Source: a virus
IMG/VR virus record: IMGVR_UViG_3300027814_000008
Length of the DNA: 25,304 bases
Strand: one strand, 5' to 3'
Shown here: positions 16,395 to 24,251 of the stretch, in pieces
Layout: the number at the start of each line of letters is the position of its first letter
How positions within the stretch are numbered: position 1 is the first letter of the stretch
Notes under the pieces: model-generated
Told to the model about the DNA's origin: nothing
What the model saw: only the letters and a program-made list of their open reading frames with translations
Databases searched by the model: none
Translations under genes and position numbers: made by a program

Positions 16395-16751
16395 ATGTTA
16401 TACCTGTTTAAAATTTGGTTTGTTGCTAATATAGTTATCTTTATAGTTCTATCTATTACAGCTATAAGTGAAAAGTTAGAAACTCGTGGAATAACATGTT
16501 TACTTTTATCTTTAGTTGATGCTTTAATGTATGGGAATATTTTATATTTTTATTCAGGAATACCTGTACCATTAAATATAGTGTTATTTATTCTTTGTAT
16601 AATTTATTTGGTAGTTTCAGTATTTTTTTCTATATTTATAATAGCAGATGCCTTTACAACATGGCTTGATGCTGATAACTATTTTCCACTTATATTAAAT
16701 ATAGCAAGATGTATTGTATTATTATTAACAACTATTCATATTTCCCTATAG
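16395..16751 (+). CDS. hypothetical polytopic membrane protein (3-4 TM)
   Basis: SD AAGAGGTGA; hydrophobic segments FVANIVIFIVLSITAI, LNIVLFILCIIYLVVSVFFSIFIIA, ARCIVLLLTTI. Confidence 0.5.
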   Translation: MLYLFKIWFVANIVIFIVLSITAISEKLETRGITCLLLSLVDALMYGNILYFYSGIPVPLNIVLFILCIIYLVVSVFFSIFIIADAFTTWLDADNYFPLILNIARCIVLLLTTIHISL

Positions 16752-16760
16752 GAGGTTATT

Positions 16761-17324
16761 ATGAAAAATTTATTTAACTCAATTATTGCATTTTTTATTG
16801 GTTTTTTTACTAAAACTAAGAAGGTTGACTTGGTTGAAATTAGGGGAGCTATCCAGGAAGCTCTTCATGATCTTATTTTTGATAGTGGGGAACTTCATGA
16901 AACTTTTTATAATAATATTAAATCTGTTTTGTGGACGTATGATTATCACTATGATTGGGAAATGAAAATTTTTTCTCAAGACAATAATATGATTCATTTG
17001 GGTATATTCCTTAAAGAAAGTAAAAATGGGGAGTATATTTTGAATGATATCTTTATTTTATCTTCATTATCAGACAGAGAAAAAGCAGAAAAAATACTTG
17101 AAGCTGAAGGTTTCAATAAGATTACCAGATCCAGGAGTCCTATTGTATTCTCTGGTAAAGGTCTCGATTATTATAAGAATGGAACCCTATTTGCTGTGGT
17201 TGATAACTCTGGTATGTTTGTAGAGTGGGATGACTCAAAAGAGCACTCTTTTATTCTTCAGTCCTATAAGTATAATGATGAGAGAAAAGCCAAGAGCAAT
17301 AAGAGTCAGACAAAGGGAATCTAA
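16761..17324 (+). CDS. hypothetical protein (N-terminal hydrophobic segment)
   Basis: SD TAGGAGG; LFNSIIAFFIGFF N-terminus. Confidence 0.5.
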   Translation: MKNLFNSIIAFFIGFFTKTKKVDLVEIRGAIQEALHDLIFDSGELHETFYNNIKSVLWTYDYHYDWEMKIFSQDNNMIHLGIFLKESKNGEYILNDIFILSSLSDREKAEKILEAEGFNKITRSRSPIVFSGKGLDYYKNGTLFAVVDNSGMFVEWDDSKEHSFILQSYKYNDERKAKSNKSQTKGI

Positions 17325-17521
17325 TGCTTATTGAATTGACCTGGAAAGATTATATTAGGTATTCTATTATGACTATAGGTCTGGAAATAATTTTCTTCAT
17401 GGAGTTCATGACAGATATCCTTGAGAAATATTTTCCACATACTTATATAAGATATGAGAGATATATGAAAGAGGTGGATAGAAAGCACCATGAGAAAAGC
17501 AGAACCAAAGCTATTAAGTAA
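17324..17521 (+). CDS. hypothetical small protein
   Basis: ATG overlapping upstream stop (TAATG); 65 aa. Confidence 0.35.
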   Translation: MLIELTWKDYIRYSIMTIGLEIIFFMEFMTDILEKYFPHTYIRYERYMKEVDRKHHEKSRTKAIK

Positions 17522-18185
17522 ATTTATTGAAGAGTGTATAAAAATCCTCATGAGAAGTGGGGACATGCCTGTAGCAGTATTAGACCCTGATGGTTGGGGA
17601 TACTTTGCTCATGCTTACCCTGTGCCTGAAGAATGGTATATTAATGGGGGATATTATGTAGCCCTTGAGGGTGGATATCCTTATGATTTTAAGCATTCAA
17701 AGGTTTATGATGAAGGTGGTCTGGGGCATAAAAATCCTGCTGTAGAACATGATCTTGTTTGTAAGATTTACACTAATTATCCTGCTGGGACTGAGGGAAC
17801 TTTTGAAGGAAGAGCTATTATGGATGTTGCCAGGGAACATGATCGTGCAGAGGTAGAATATTACAGACAAATTTTAAGTAAGGAAACAGGGTATATAAAA
17901 ATACCTATATCTAAGAGGGAGTTAGCTGATCTTGTCCAGTTAGAGAGAAAGTATTATAATGGGGATACTTGGAGATTGAAACAACATAATAAAATTTGTG
18001 GCCCCCGATATGAGAAAGATAAATTAGCCCTTTGGACTAAAGACCTCATAGATATCTTAGGATCTAAAATTATAGTTGACAATGCTATACCTCTTTTTAT
18101 GGAATTAGTTATTGAAGAAGATACTTTAGATGATGGATTATTTTTGAGAGTTCAAGTTAGAGGGTTAGATAATGAACAAGATTAA
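17490..18185 (+). CDS. hypothetical protein
   Basis: Long ORF in operon context, no motif recognised. Confidence 0.45.
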   Translation: MRKAEPKLLSKFIEECIKILMRSGDMPVAVLDPDGWGYFAHAYPVPEEWYINGGYYVALEGGYPYDFKHSKVYDEGGLGHKNPAVEHDLVCKIYTNYPAGTEGTFEGRAIMDVAREHDRAEVEYYRQILSKETGYIKIPISKRELADLVQLERKYYNGDTWRLKQHNKICGPRYEKDKLALWTKDLIDILGSKIIVDNAIPLFMELVIEEDTLDDGLFLRVQVRGLDNEQD

Positions 18186-18591
18186 TGCTCTTAAGGAATT
18201 AGAAGATATTTATCAAGAAGGCCAAGATCCTTATTTTGATGGATATCTACAGGAACCTTTAAATATGTCTACATATCATTTGGTAAAAAATTTTATTATG
18301 TACACTCTTCCAGGAGATTTACCTGATCCAGATATTTCTATAGAACCTAATGGGACAATAGATTTAGAATGGTATTGTGAATCCACTCGTGATTTTGTGT
18401 GCTTATGTATGTTTCATACTATGGTTGATGAATACCCATATAAAATCAGTATTTTTTATAGGTTGGATGATGTATATAACACTATAATATTTGATCTTAA
18501 TGAACCTTATCCAGTTTGTTTGATGTGGAAATCAATGAAACATTTGATAGACCATTTAACTGCTCTTGTAAATGATCTTTTTGGGAGTTAG
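18172..18591 (+). CDS. hypothetical protein
   Basis: Overlaps upstream gene end; no motif. Confidence 0.45.
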   Translation: MNKINALKELEDIYQEGQDPYFDGYLQEPLNMSTYHLVKNFIMYTLPGDLPDPDISIEPNGTIDLEWYCESTRDFVCLCMFHTMVDEYPYKISIFYRLDDVYNTIIFDLNEPYPVCLMWKSMKHLIDHLTALVNDLFGS

Positions 18592-18603
18592 GGGGAAATA
18601 ATT

Positions 18604-18804
18604 ATGTCAAACACTACGTTTCAAGTTAAATGTGATAAATGTGGTCAGCCCTGGTTGGTCACTATGTATGAAGAGACTATTATTGATAGATGTCCTTGCT
18701 GCTCGGCTTTATATGAGTTTATAGTAAAGATTGAGAAAACAAAAATCTCAGAAAAGTGTGATGATAAAGTTTGGGAGAAATTTATTGAAGAAAATCAGGA
18801 TTAA
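18604..18804 (+). CDS. small zinc-ribbon protein
   Basis: SD GGGGGAAATAATT; CDKCGQ...CPCC. Confidence 0.45.
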   Translation: MSNTTFQVKCDKCGQPWLVTMYEETIIDRCPCCSALYEFIVKIEKTKISEKCDDKVWEKFIEENQD

Positions 18805-18826
18805 TGCCGATAAGTAAATAGGGAGG
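18786..18826 (+). promoter_or_regulatory. conserved promoter-like element, copy 4 (5' half embedded in coding sequence)
   Basis: TGAAGAAAATCAGGATTAATGCCGATAAGTAAATAGGGAGG upstream of cca; TGAAG and CCGATA at identical 16-nt spacing although the T-run is replaced. Confidence 0.5.
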
Positions 18827-18831
18827 AAATT

Positions 18832-20265
18832 ATGAAACTTGAACTTACAGATCAAACCAAACAATTTACCAAGGCTATCAGTCTTATTGAAAATCTTCAT
18901 GCTGATGGGTATGAAGCTTTTATTGTTGGTGGTGCTGTAAGGGATATGCTTCTGGGACTCAAACCTTATGATGTGGATATTGTCACCAATGCATCTTACA
19001 ATGATATGGAACTTGTATTTGAGAATCATAAGATTGTTGAAGTTGGACGAAATTTTGGGGTTATGATTGTTGATGGAGTGGAAGTTGCTACCTATAGAAA
19101 AGATATTTCAAAAGGAAAGAGACCCAAAGACGATGAAGTAGTTTTTGTAAAAGACCTCTTTGCTGATACAGCACGAAGGGATTTTACTATTAACTCTATG
19201 GCTTATGACATTCTATCTGGGGAGCTTATTGATTATCATAATGGTAGGAAGGATCTTGAAAATAGAATTATCCGATTCGTGGGAGATCCTATGGAACGAA
19301 TTTGGGAAGATCCTAACAGGATGATCAGAGCTTGCCGATTTGTAGCAAAAATTGATGGTACATTTGATGAGGATACCGTTATTGCAATTATTAAATCTGT
19401 GGATAAAGAGTGGTACAGAATCAGCCAGGAAAGAATTCGTGAAGAGATCATGAAAGCTATGAAAATCAAAAAGGCTTCCAGGTTCTTCTGTAGACTTCAT
19501 AAATTTGGTATGTTGAAAAAGATTTTTCCATCTTTGGTAAAAGGGTATAAGCATCCTCATGGGCCTCATCATATAGAATTTATCTTTGATCATAATATGA
19601 TGGCTGGGGATTATGTGAGTCCTAAATACCCACTGATTAAATTGACAGCTTATCTACATGATGCTGGGAAACCTGCTGCTTCAAAAATTAACCCAAGGAC
19701 TAACGATCTATTTTTTACTGGTCATGCAGGAAAAGGGGCTGATATTGTAGCAGAGGAGTTGAAGAATTTAACTTTTTCTAATGATGATATCCATTTTATT
19801 ACTACACTTATTAGGTATCATATGAGAAATGCTATAAACGCAACTCCAAAGTCCATTAGAAGGTTTCTTAGGATTATGGCTGATGAAGATTTTAAGTATA
19901 CTGATTTTCTTAGACTTAGATGTGCTGATAAGGCTGGAAATCTTGGTACTCGTCCATATACTCTTCCTGAAATTAGAAAGATGGTAAATAAGTTTGAAAC
20001 ACAATTGGCTTATACAGGGCCTCAACATCCTTTGGCTGATCTTGCTGTTAATGGTCATGATGTTATGGAGGCAGCAGGTATTACTCCTGGGCCTTTGGTC
20101 GGGAAGATCTTGAATCAACTTATGTTTATTGTTACTGATGACCCTGAGAAGAATAATAAGGAAACCCTTATAGAAGCTGTTAAGACATTGACAAGTTTGC
20201 ATAATGGAGAAGATTTTTATCTTAAGGAAGAGGAGCAAGAAAATAACTCTTTTGAGGGAGAATAA
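18832..20265 (+). CDS. cca: tRNA nucleotidyltransferase (CCA-adding enzyme) with C-terminal HD domain
   Basis: Class-II NTase head FIVGGAVRDMLLGLKPYDVDIVT (GG.VRD...D.D); RRDFTINSMAYD motif; C-terminal H...HD (YLHDAGKP, RYHMR); preceded by conserved promoter-like element + GGGAGG. Confidence 0.8.
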   Translation: MKLELTDQTKQFTKAISLIENLHADGYEAFIVGGAVRDMLLGLKPYDVDIVTNASYNDMELVFENHKIVEVGRNFGVMIVDGVEVATYRKDISKGKRPKDDEVVFVKDLFADTARRDFTINSMAYDILSGELIDYHNGRKDLENRIIRFVGDPMERIWEDPNRMIRACRFVAKIDGTFDEDTVIAIIKSVDKEWYRISQERIREEIMKAMKIKKASRFFCRLHKFGMLKKIFPSLVKGYKHPHGPHHIEFIFDHNMMAGDYVSPKYPLIKLTAYLHDAGKPAASKINPRTNDLFFTGHAGKGADIVAEELKNLTFSNDDIHFITTLIRYHMRNAINATPKSIRRFLRIMADEDFKYTDFLRLRCADKAGNLGTRPYTLPEIRKMVNKFETQLAYTGPQHPLADLAVNGHDVMEAAGITPGPLVGKILNQLMFIVTDDPEKNNKETLIEAVKTLTSLHNGEDFYLKEEEQENNSFEGE

Positions 20266-20280
20266 ATAGGAGAAAAAGTC

Positions 20281-20559
20281 ATGAAATCTATTAAAGGTGT
20301 GAGTTCAGAATATAAAAAAATCATTGAAACTTTGAAAGGTCTTGGTTTTGAAGAGTTTCAAGGTTATCCGTGGAAATTATATCATCCAGATCTTCCAAAT
20401 GATGAAAATCTTGTAATTGATGTTAGTGCTGCTCATCCTGATCGACTTGTTTATATTATGTTTAAAATTTTCAAAAAGTATGGCAAGAATGAACTGAGAA
20501 AAGATATCAGTAATCTTCTTACTGTTAATACTGATCCACCTTGGATGAAGGGAGACTAA
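20281..20559 (+). CDS. hypothetical protein
   Basis: SD AGGAGAAAAAGTC; no motif. Confidence 0.45.
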   Translation: MKSIKGVSSEYKKIIETLKGLGFEEFQGYPWKLYHPDLPNDENLVIDVSAAHPDRLVYIMFKIFKKYGKNELRKDISNLLTVNTDPPWMKGD

Positions 20560-20795
20560 TGGAAGAAGTTTATACATGTCCAGAATGTGGATGTCAAGCA
20601 TGGATTATCCATCAGGATCATATTGTGTGTGGGGGTTGTGGAAAAAAATATAATCATTCCGTATGGCTTACTCCTGAAAAATCTCCAATGTTTATGATGC
20701 TGGATTTGCCATTTCATTTTAATAAAAAGGCAAAGGATATAAATAAAGTAGAAAAAATTACAGACTATGGAGGTCATGATTTAACACCAGCATAA
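20541..20795 (+). CDS. small zinc-ribbon protein
   Basis: CPECGC...CGGCGKKY. Confidence 0.4.
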   Translation: MDEGRLMEEVYTCPECGCQAWIIHQDHIVCGGCGKKYNHSVWLTPEKSPMFMMLDLPFHFNKKAKDINKVEKITDYGGHDLTPA

Positions 20796-20805
20796 GGAGG
20801 ATATT

Positions 20806-21207
20806 GTGAAACTTAAAGAGATTTGGAGTAATATGGATACCCGAAGGTGTCTAATTTTTGTTATTATAGCTTATATGGTAGCACTTATCTTAGTTACAGT
20901 AATAAGTATATTAACTCCTGGATGTACTCCTATACATCGTGGACTTATTGTATATAAAGGTTATAATCCTCCTACAAGAGTTGAAGACCAACTTGTTAAG
21001 TCTGAGGGAAATCATTTTTTTATACTTAAAGAGGAAGATACAAATAATGTCTGGAAAGTAGATGTTCCAGAAGAAATTTTTGGGGAATACCAAAAATATG
21101 AAATGTACACTTTCTCAAAAGGTGACAAGGATGTAGCTTGGTTATATCATTTAATTATTATGGAATCATATGGAGGAGGTAGAAATGACATTACAGGAAA
21201 GGATTAA
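20806..21207 (+). CDS. hypothetical N-terminally membrane-anchored protein
   Basis: GTG start after AAGGAGGATATT; TM CLIFVIIAYMVALILVTVISIL. Confidence 0.45.
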   Translation: MKLKEIWSNMDTRRCLIFVIIAYMVALILVTVISILTPGCTPIHRGLIVYKGYNPPTRVEDQLVKSEGNHFFILKEEDTNNVWKVDVPEEIFGEYQKYEMYTFSKGDKDVAWLYHLIIMESYGGGRNDITGKD

Positions 21208-21583
21208 TGAGGATTTCAAAGAGGCTTTAAAGTCAGGGGAGAAAAAATTAATCAGTGATATGAAGGTTATTGTTGGAGAGATCCAAAGACTTCCGAACAA
21301 GAAAGCTACAGATGATGAAGTTTCCAGGGTACTCCGTAAACTTATGAAAGGTGAAGAAGAAAACCTAAAACTTCTAAATATTGTTGATGCTGATTTTGTT
21401 GCTACTCTGAGTAGATATCTGCCAGAACCAACTACAGAAGATGAAATTGAACAATGGATTAAAAATAATATTAACTTTGGGGAACTTAGAAATAAGATGC
21501 AAGCTATAAAATATGTCCTGGGGTATTTTGGAGCCAGGGCCGATGGAAACATGGTGAAAAAGGTTTTATTAGAGAGGTTCTAA
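21185..21583 (+). CDS. GatB/YqeY-domain protein
   Basis: ATG at 21185 after GGAGGAGG (track start 21170). MTLQERINEDFKEALKSGEK...VATLSRYLPEPTTEDEIEQWI...GARADGNMVKKVL aligns with YqeY MSLLERLNEDLK...LEVYLPEQLSEEEL...GKADGSLINKLV. Confidence 0.65.
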   Translation: MTLQERINEDFKEALKSGEKKLISDMKVIVGEIQRLPNKKATDDEVSRVLRKLMKGEEENLKLLNIVDADFVATLSRYLPEPTTEDEIEQWIKNNINFGELRNKMQAIKYVLGYFGARADGNMVKKVLLERF

Positions 21584-21584
21584 T

Positions 21585-21899
21585 ATGAAGTATGATTCTA
21601 TATTCTGGTGGTTTATGTTTAAAGATCTTTTATATCGTTCTTTTCTTAAAACAAAAACTGCTCTTGAAGAGATGACTAAAGATGAACTCAGAGAGAAATA
21701 TATTGAAGTATTTGGTGGACTCGATGAACTCTATATAAATGATAGGGATTATATATTCCATAGAATAATGTCATCCCATTTTGATCAGTATCATAATCTT
21801 TTACGTTCTATGAATACTGAGGAATTAAAAACGGCTTATAAGGAGATAGTTGGGGAAGATCCTGAAGCAAAATTCTCAAAACAATTTTGTGGAGGGTGA
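21585..21899 (+). CDS. hypothetical protein
   Basis: Starts 1 nt after upstream stop; no motif. Confidence 0.45.
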   Translation: MKYDSIFWWFMFKDLLYRSFLKTKTALEEMTKDELREKYIEVFGGLDELYINDRDYIFHRIMSSHFDQYHNLLRSMNTEELKTAYKEIVGEDPEAKFSKQFCGG

Positions 21900-21932
21900 A
21901 GTCATTAAATATCTTCCAGTTGGAGGAAAAAA

Positions 21933-22631
21933 GTGGATAATGAGAGTAATTTTGGGGAACTTGTAGTAAAGAGCTTAAGAAAGCTTGGTTTTGAAACATG
22001 GCAAGAAGTTTCTTTTCATGGATCATCCATAGATATTGTAGGAAAGATAAACAATATTTATTGTATTTTTGAATTAAAGATGACTCTAAATGATGGTGTT
22101 TTAGAACAGGTACATAGAACTATACATTATGGTGATTATAGTTGTATTATTATCCCGTGGAGAAAAAAATATCATATTAATAAGGTAAAAAGTCTATTTT
22201 TAAACTATTATGGGATTGGACTTATAGAGATAAAAAATGAGGCAAAGACCTTAGAATGTTTTAGGGAACCTTCTGAATGGGGTATGGCCTTAAACCTGTT
22301 TGAGGGAAAGGATACAATCAAGTTTATCAATTGGAATTTTGCTATTGTTAAACAACCAAAAAAGAAGGATAAAAGCGTTTCTATAGAAGAGTTTTTATTT
22401 GATGACCAAAAAGATTGTGTAGCTGGATCAACTTCGGGGACTGTTATGACTCCCTTCAAAAGAAGCTGCAATTTGATATATGAGTATCTACAGGAGAACC
22501 CTGGGGCCTCTAAGAAAGAGGTTTGGAATACTCTAAATGGTTTTTTACATTGGAGTTCATATGCTTCAATGTGTGCCAGTTTTAGAAACTATTCACATGT
22601 TGACGAGATTAAAAGGATAAAGTGGAAATGA
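21933..22631 (+). CDS. putative PD-(D/E)xK nuclease-fold protein
   Basis: GTG start after TTGGAGGAAAAAA; N-terminal LRKLGFETWQEVSFHGSSIDIVGKINNIYCIFELKMT has the hydrophobic-D ... E-x-K core (IDIV...FELK) seen in Hjc/Mrr-like endonucleases. Confidence 0.4.
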   Translation: MDNESNFGELVVKSLRKLGFETWQEVSFHGSSIDIVGKINNIYCIFELKMTLNDGVLEQVHRTIHYGDYSCIIIPWRKKYHINKVKSLFLNYYGIGLIEIKNEAKTLECFREPSEWGMALNLFEGKDTIKFINWNFAIVKQPKKKDKSVSIEEFLFDDQKDCVAGSTSGTVMTPFKRSCNLIYEYLQENPGASKKEVWNTLNGFLHWSSYASMCASFRNYSHVDEIKRIKWK

Positions 22632-22783
22632 AACATACTGAAGAAATATTAACTGAGATAAATAATGTAATAAAAAATGAGCCTTTAACTGAAGGTGAAA
22701 AATTTAAACTGTTGATGGAACTTCTCTTGGATATAAGAGAATTATTGGATACTATAGACTCAAGACTTTGCAATATGGAGTAA
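22628..22783 (+). CDS. hypothetical small helical protein (51 aa, below ORF-track cutoff)
   Basis: ATGA overlap with upstream stop; open frame MKHTEEILTEINNVIKNEPLTEGEKFKLLMELLLDIRELLDTIDSRLCNME; fills the 155-nt gap before 22787. Confidence 0.4.
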   Translation: MKHTEEILTEINNVIKNEPLTEGEKFKLLMELLLDIRELLDTIDSRLCNME

Positions 22784-22786
22784 ATT

Positions 22787-23866
22787 ATGATTATATTACC
22801 AGATGGATTCAAAATGATTTTTAAATTTATTTCTGGGAGTCATCTCTATGGGACATCTACTCCTGAATCTGATGTTGATGAAAGGGGTATTTTTATCCCT
22901 ACTGAGGAATATTTCTATGGGTTCTTAAATAGGGTAGAACAGCACCAGGATAAAGAGACTGATACGGTCTATTATAACATGATTAAATTCTTGGAATTAG
23001 CCCTGGAAAACAACCCGAACATTATTGAATTTCTTTTTGTTCCTGAGGACAAATGGTTATTATCAACATCTGATTGGGAGACCATTATTGGGGGCAGAGA
23101 ATATTTTCTATCCAAGAAGGCCAGGTGGACGTTTTCAGGATATGCTCATTCCCAACTTAAGAGAATTCGTTTACATCGGGAATGGTTACTTAATCCACCT
23201 AAAAAGAAACCTGAGAGGAAAGATTTTGGATTGCCTAATGATCGATCTCTTATCAGTAAGGAACAAATAGGGGCCTTTAATGAACTGGTTGCTATGTACC
23301 TTAGGGATATAAGAGATTTTCATGAACTTCGTGAACAATTGGAGAATATGGAAGAGACTTATAGTTTTAAAAGAATGATTGACCAAACTAAGACTGATGA
23401 TCCAGTTTATTTTGCTGCTATTAAATCCATTGTTCCAGTTACCGATAACTTCCTGGAAGTTTTACAGAAGGAGAAGGGTTATCTTAGGGCTAAAAAGTAT
23501 TGGGATAATTATCAACAGTGGAAGAAAAATAGGAACCCTAAGAGGGCCATATTGGAAAAAAAGTATGGGTATGATACCAAACATGCCAGTCATTTAATTC
23601 GGTTGATGGAAGAGGGTAGAGAGTTGCTTATGGAGGGGAATATTACCTTTCCCTGTTTTAGTGCTGAACTCCAACTTGATATTAAGAATGGTAGATACTC
23701 TTTTGATGAATTATTGCAGAGTGTATCAGATTATGATGAAAAATTTGAAAAGTGGTATGATGAATCACCACTTCAATATTCACCAAATAAAGTTGAGGTA
23801 GACAGAATATGTGTGAAACTCGTAAAGAACCACCTACTCCTCCCAAACCACCTACAGGGAGAATAG
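22787..23866 (+). CDS. Pol-beta-superfamily nucleotidyltransferase (RlaP-like, RNA-ligase-associated)
   Basis: N-terminal FISGSHLYGTSTPESDVDERGIF = GS-x(n)-DxD minimal NTase signature, followed by a ~300-aa helical extension; neighbourhood contains RNA ligases and CCA enzyme. Confidence 0.5.
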   Translation: MIILPDGFKMIFKFISGSHLYGTSTPESDVDERGIFIPTEEYFYGFLNRVEQHQDKETDTVYYNMIKFLELALENNPNIIEFLFVPEDKWLLSTSDWETIIGGREYFLSKKARWTFSGYAHSQLKRIRLHREWLLNPPKKKPERKDFGLPNDRSLISKEQIGAFNELVAMYLRDIRDFHELREQLENMEETYSFKRMIDQTKTDDPVYFAAIKSIVPVTDNFLEVLQKEKGYLRAKKYWDNYQQWKKNRNPKRAILEKKYGYDTKHASHLIRLMEEGRELLMEGNITFPCFSAELQLDIKNGRYSFDELLQSVSDYDEKFEKWYDESPLQYSPNKVEVDRICVKLVKNHLLLPNHLQGE

Positions 23867-23947
23867 TGAGAGAGGGTGGTTTACCAGAACTATCTTTATC
23901 ACTTGTATTAGCTTTATTATTTTTTGTATGGATGTTATTTGGATAAT

Positions 23948-23987
23948 TGAAGATTTTTAGACAGAATACCAATAAATATATAAGGAG
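23948..23987 (+). promoter_or_regulatory. conserved promoter-like element, copy 5 (degenerate, CCAATA)
   Basis: TGAAGATTTTTAGACAGAATACCAATAAATATATAAGGAG upstream of 23994; same TGAAG-N16-CC(G>A)ATA spacing. Confidence 0.4.
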
Positions 23988-23993
23988 ATAAAC

Positions 23994-24251
23994 ATGTATG
24001 GTATAGTTCAACGTTACACAGATATGGGAATAATTGAAGCTCATATCATGGAAGAAGAGGAATTGACTACTTTTCTATGTAATTATGAAAGTCAAGGTTT
24101 CAGCAAAGAATGTTCAAATGTTTATTATAAGTCAGATATGTGGGATGATATCTATGTTGATATTTATTCTACAATTGAAGAAGCACAAGAACAGTTAGTA
24201 GGATTCTTAGAGGCAATAGAACATGATAAGGAGGATTTTAAGAATGAGTAA
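23994..24251 (+). CDS. hypothetical acidic protein
   Basis: Preceded by degenerate copy of conserved promoter-like element + AAGGAG. Confidence 0.45.
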   Translation: MYGIVQRYTDMGIIEAHIMEEEELTTFLCNYESQGFSKECSNVYYKSDMWDDIYVDIYSTIEEAQEQLVGFLEAIEHDKEDFKNE

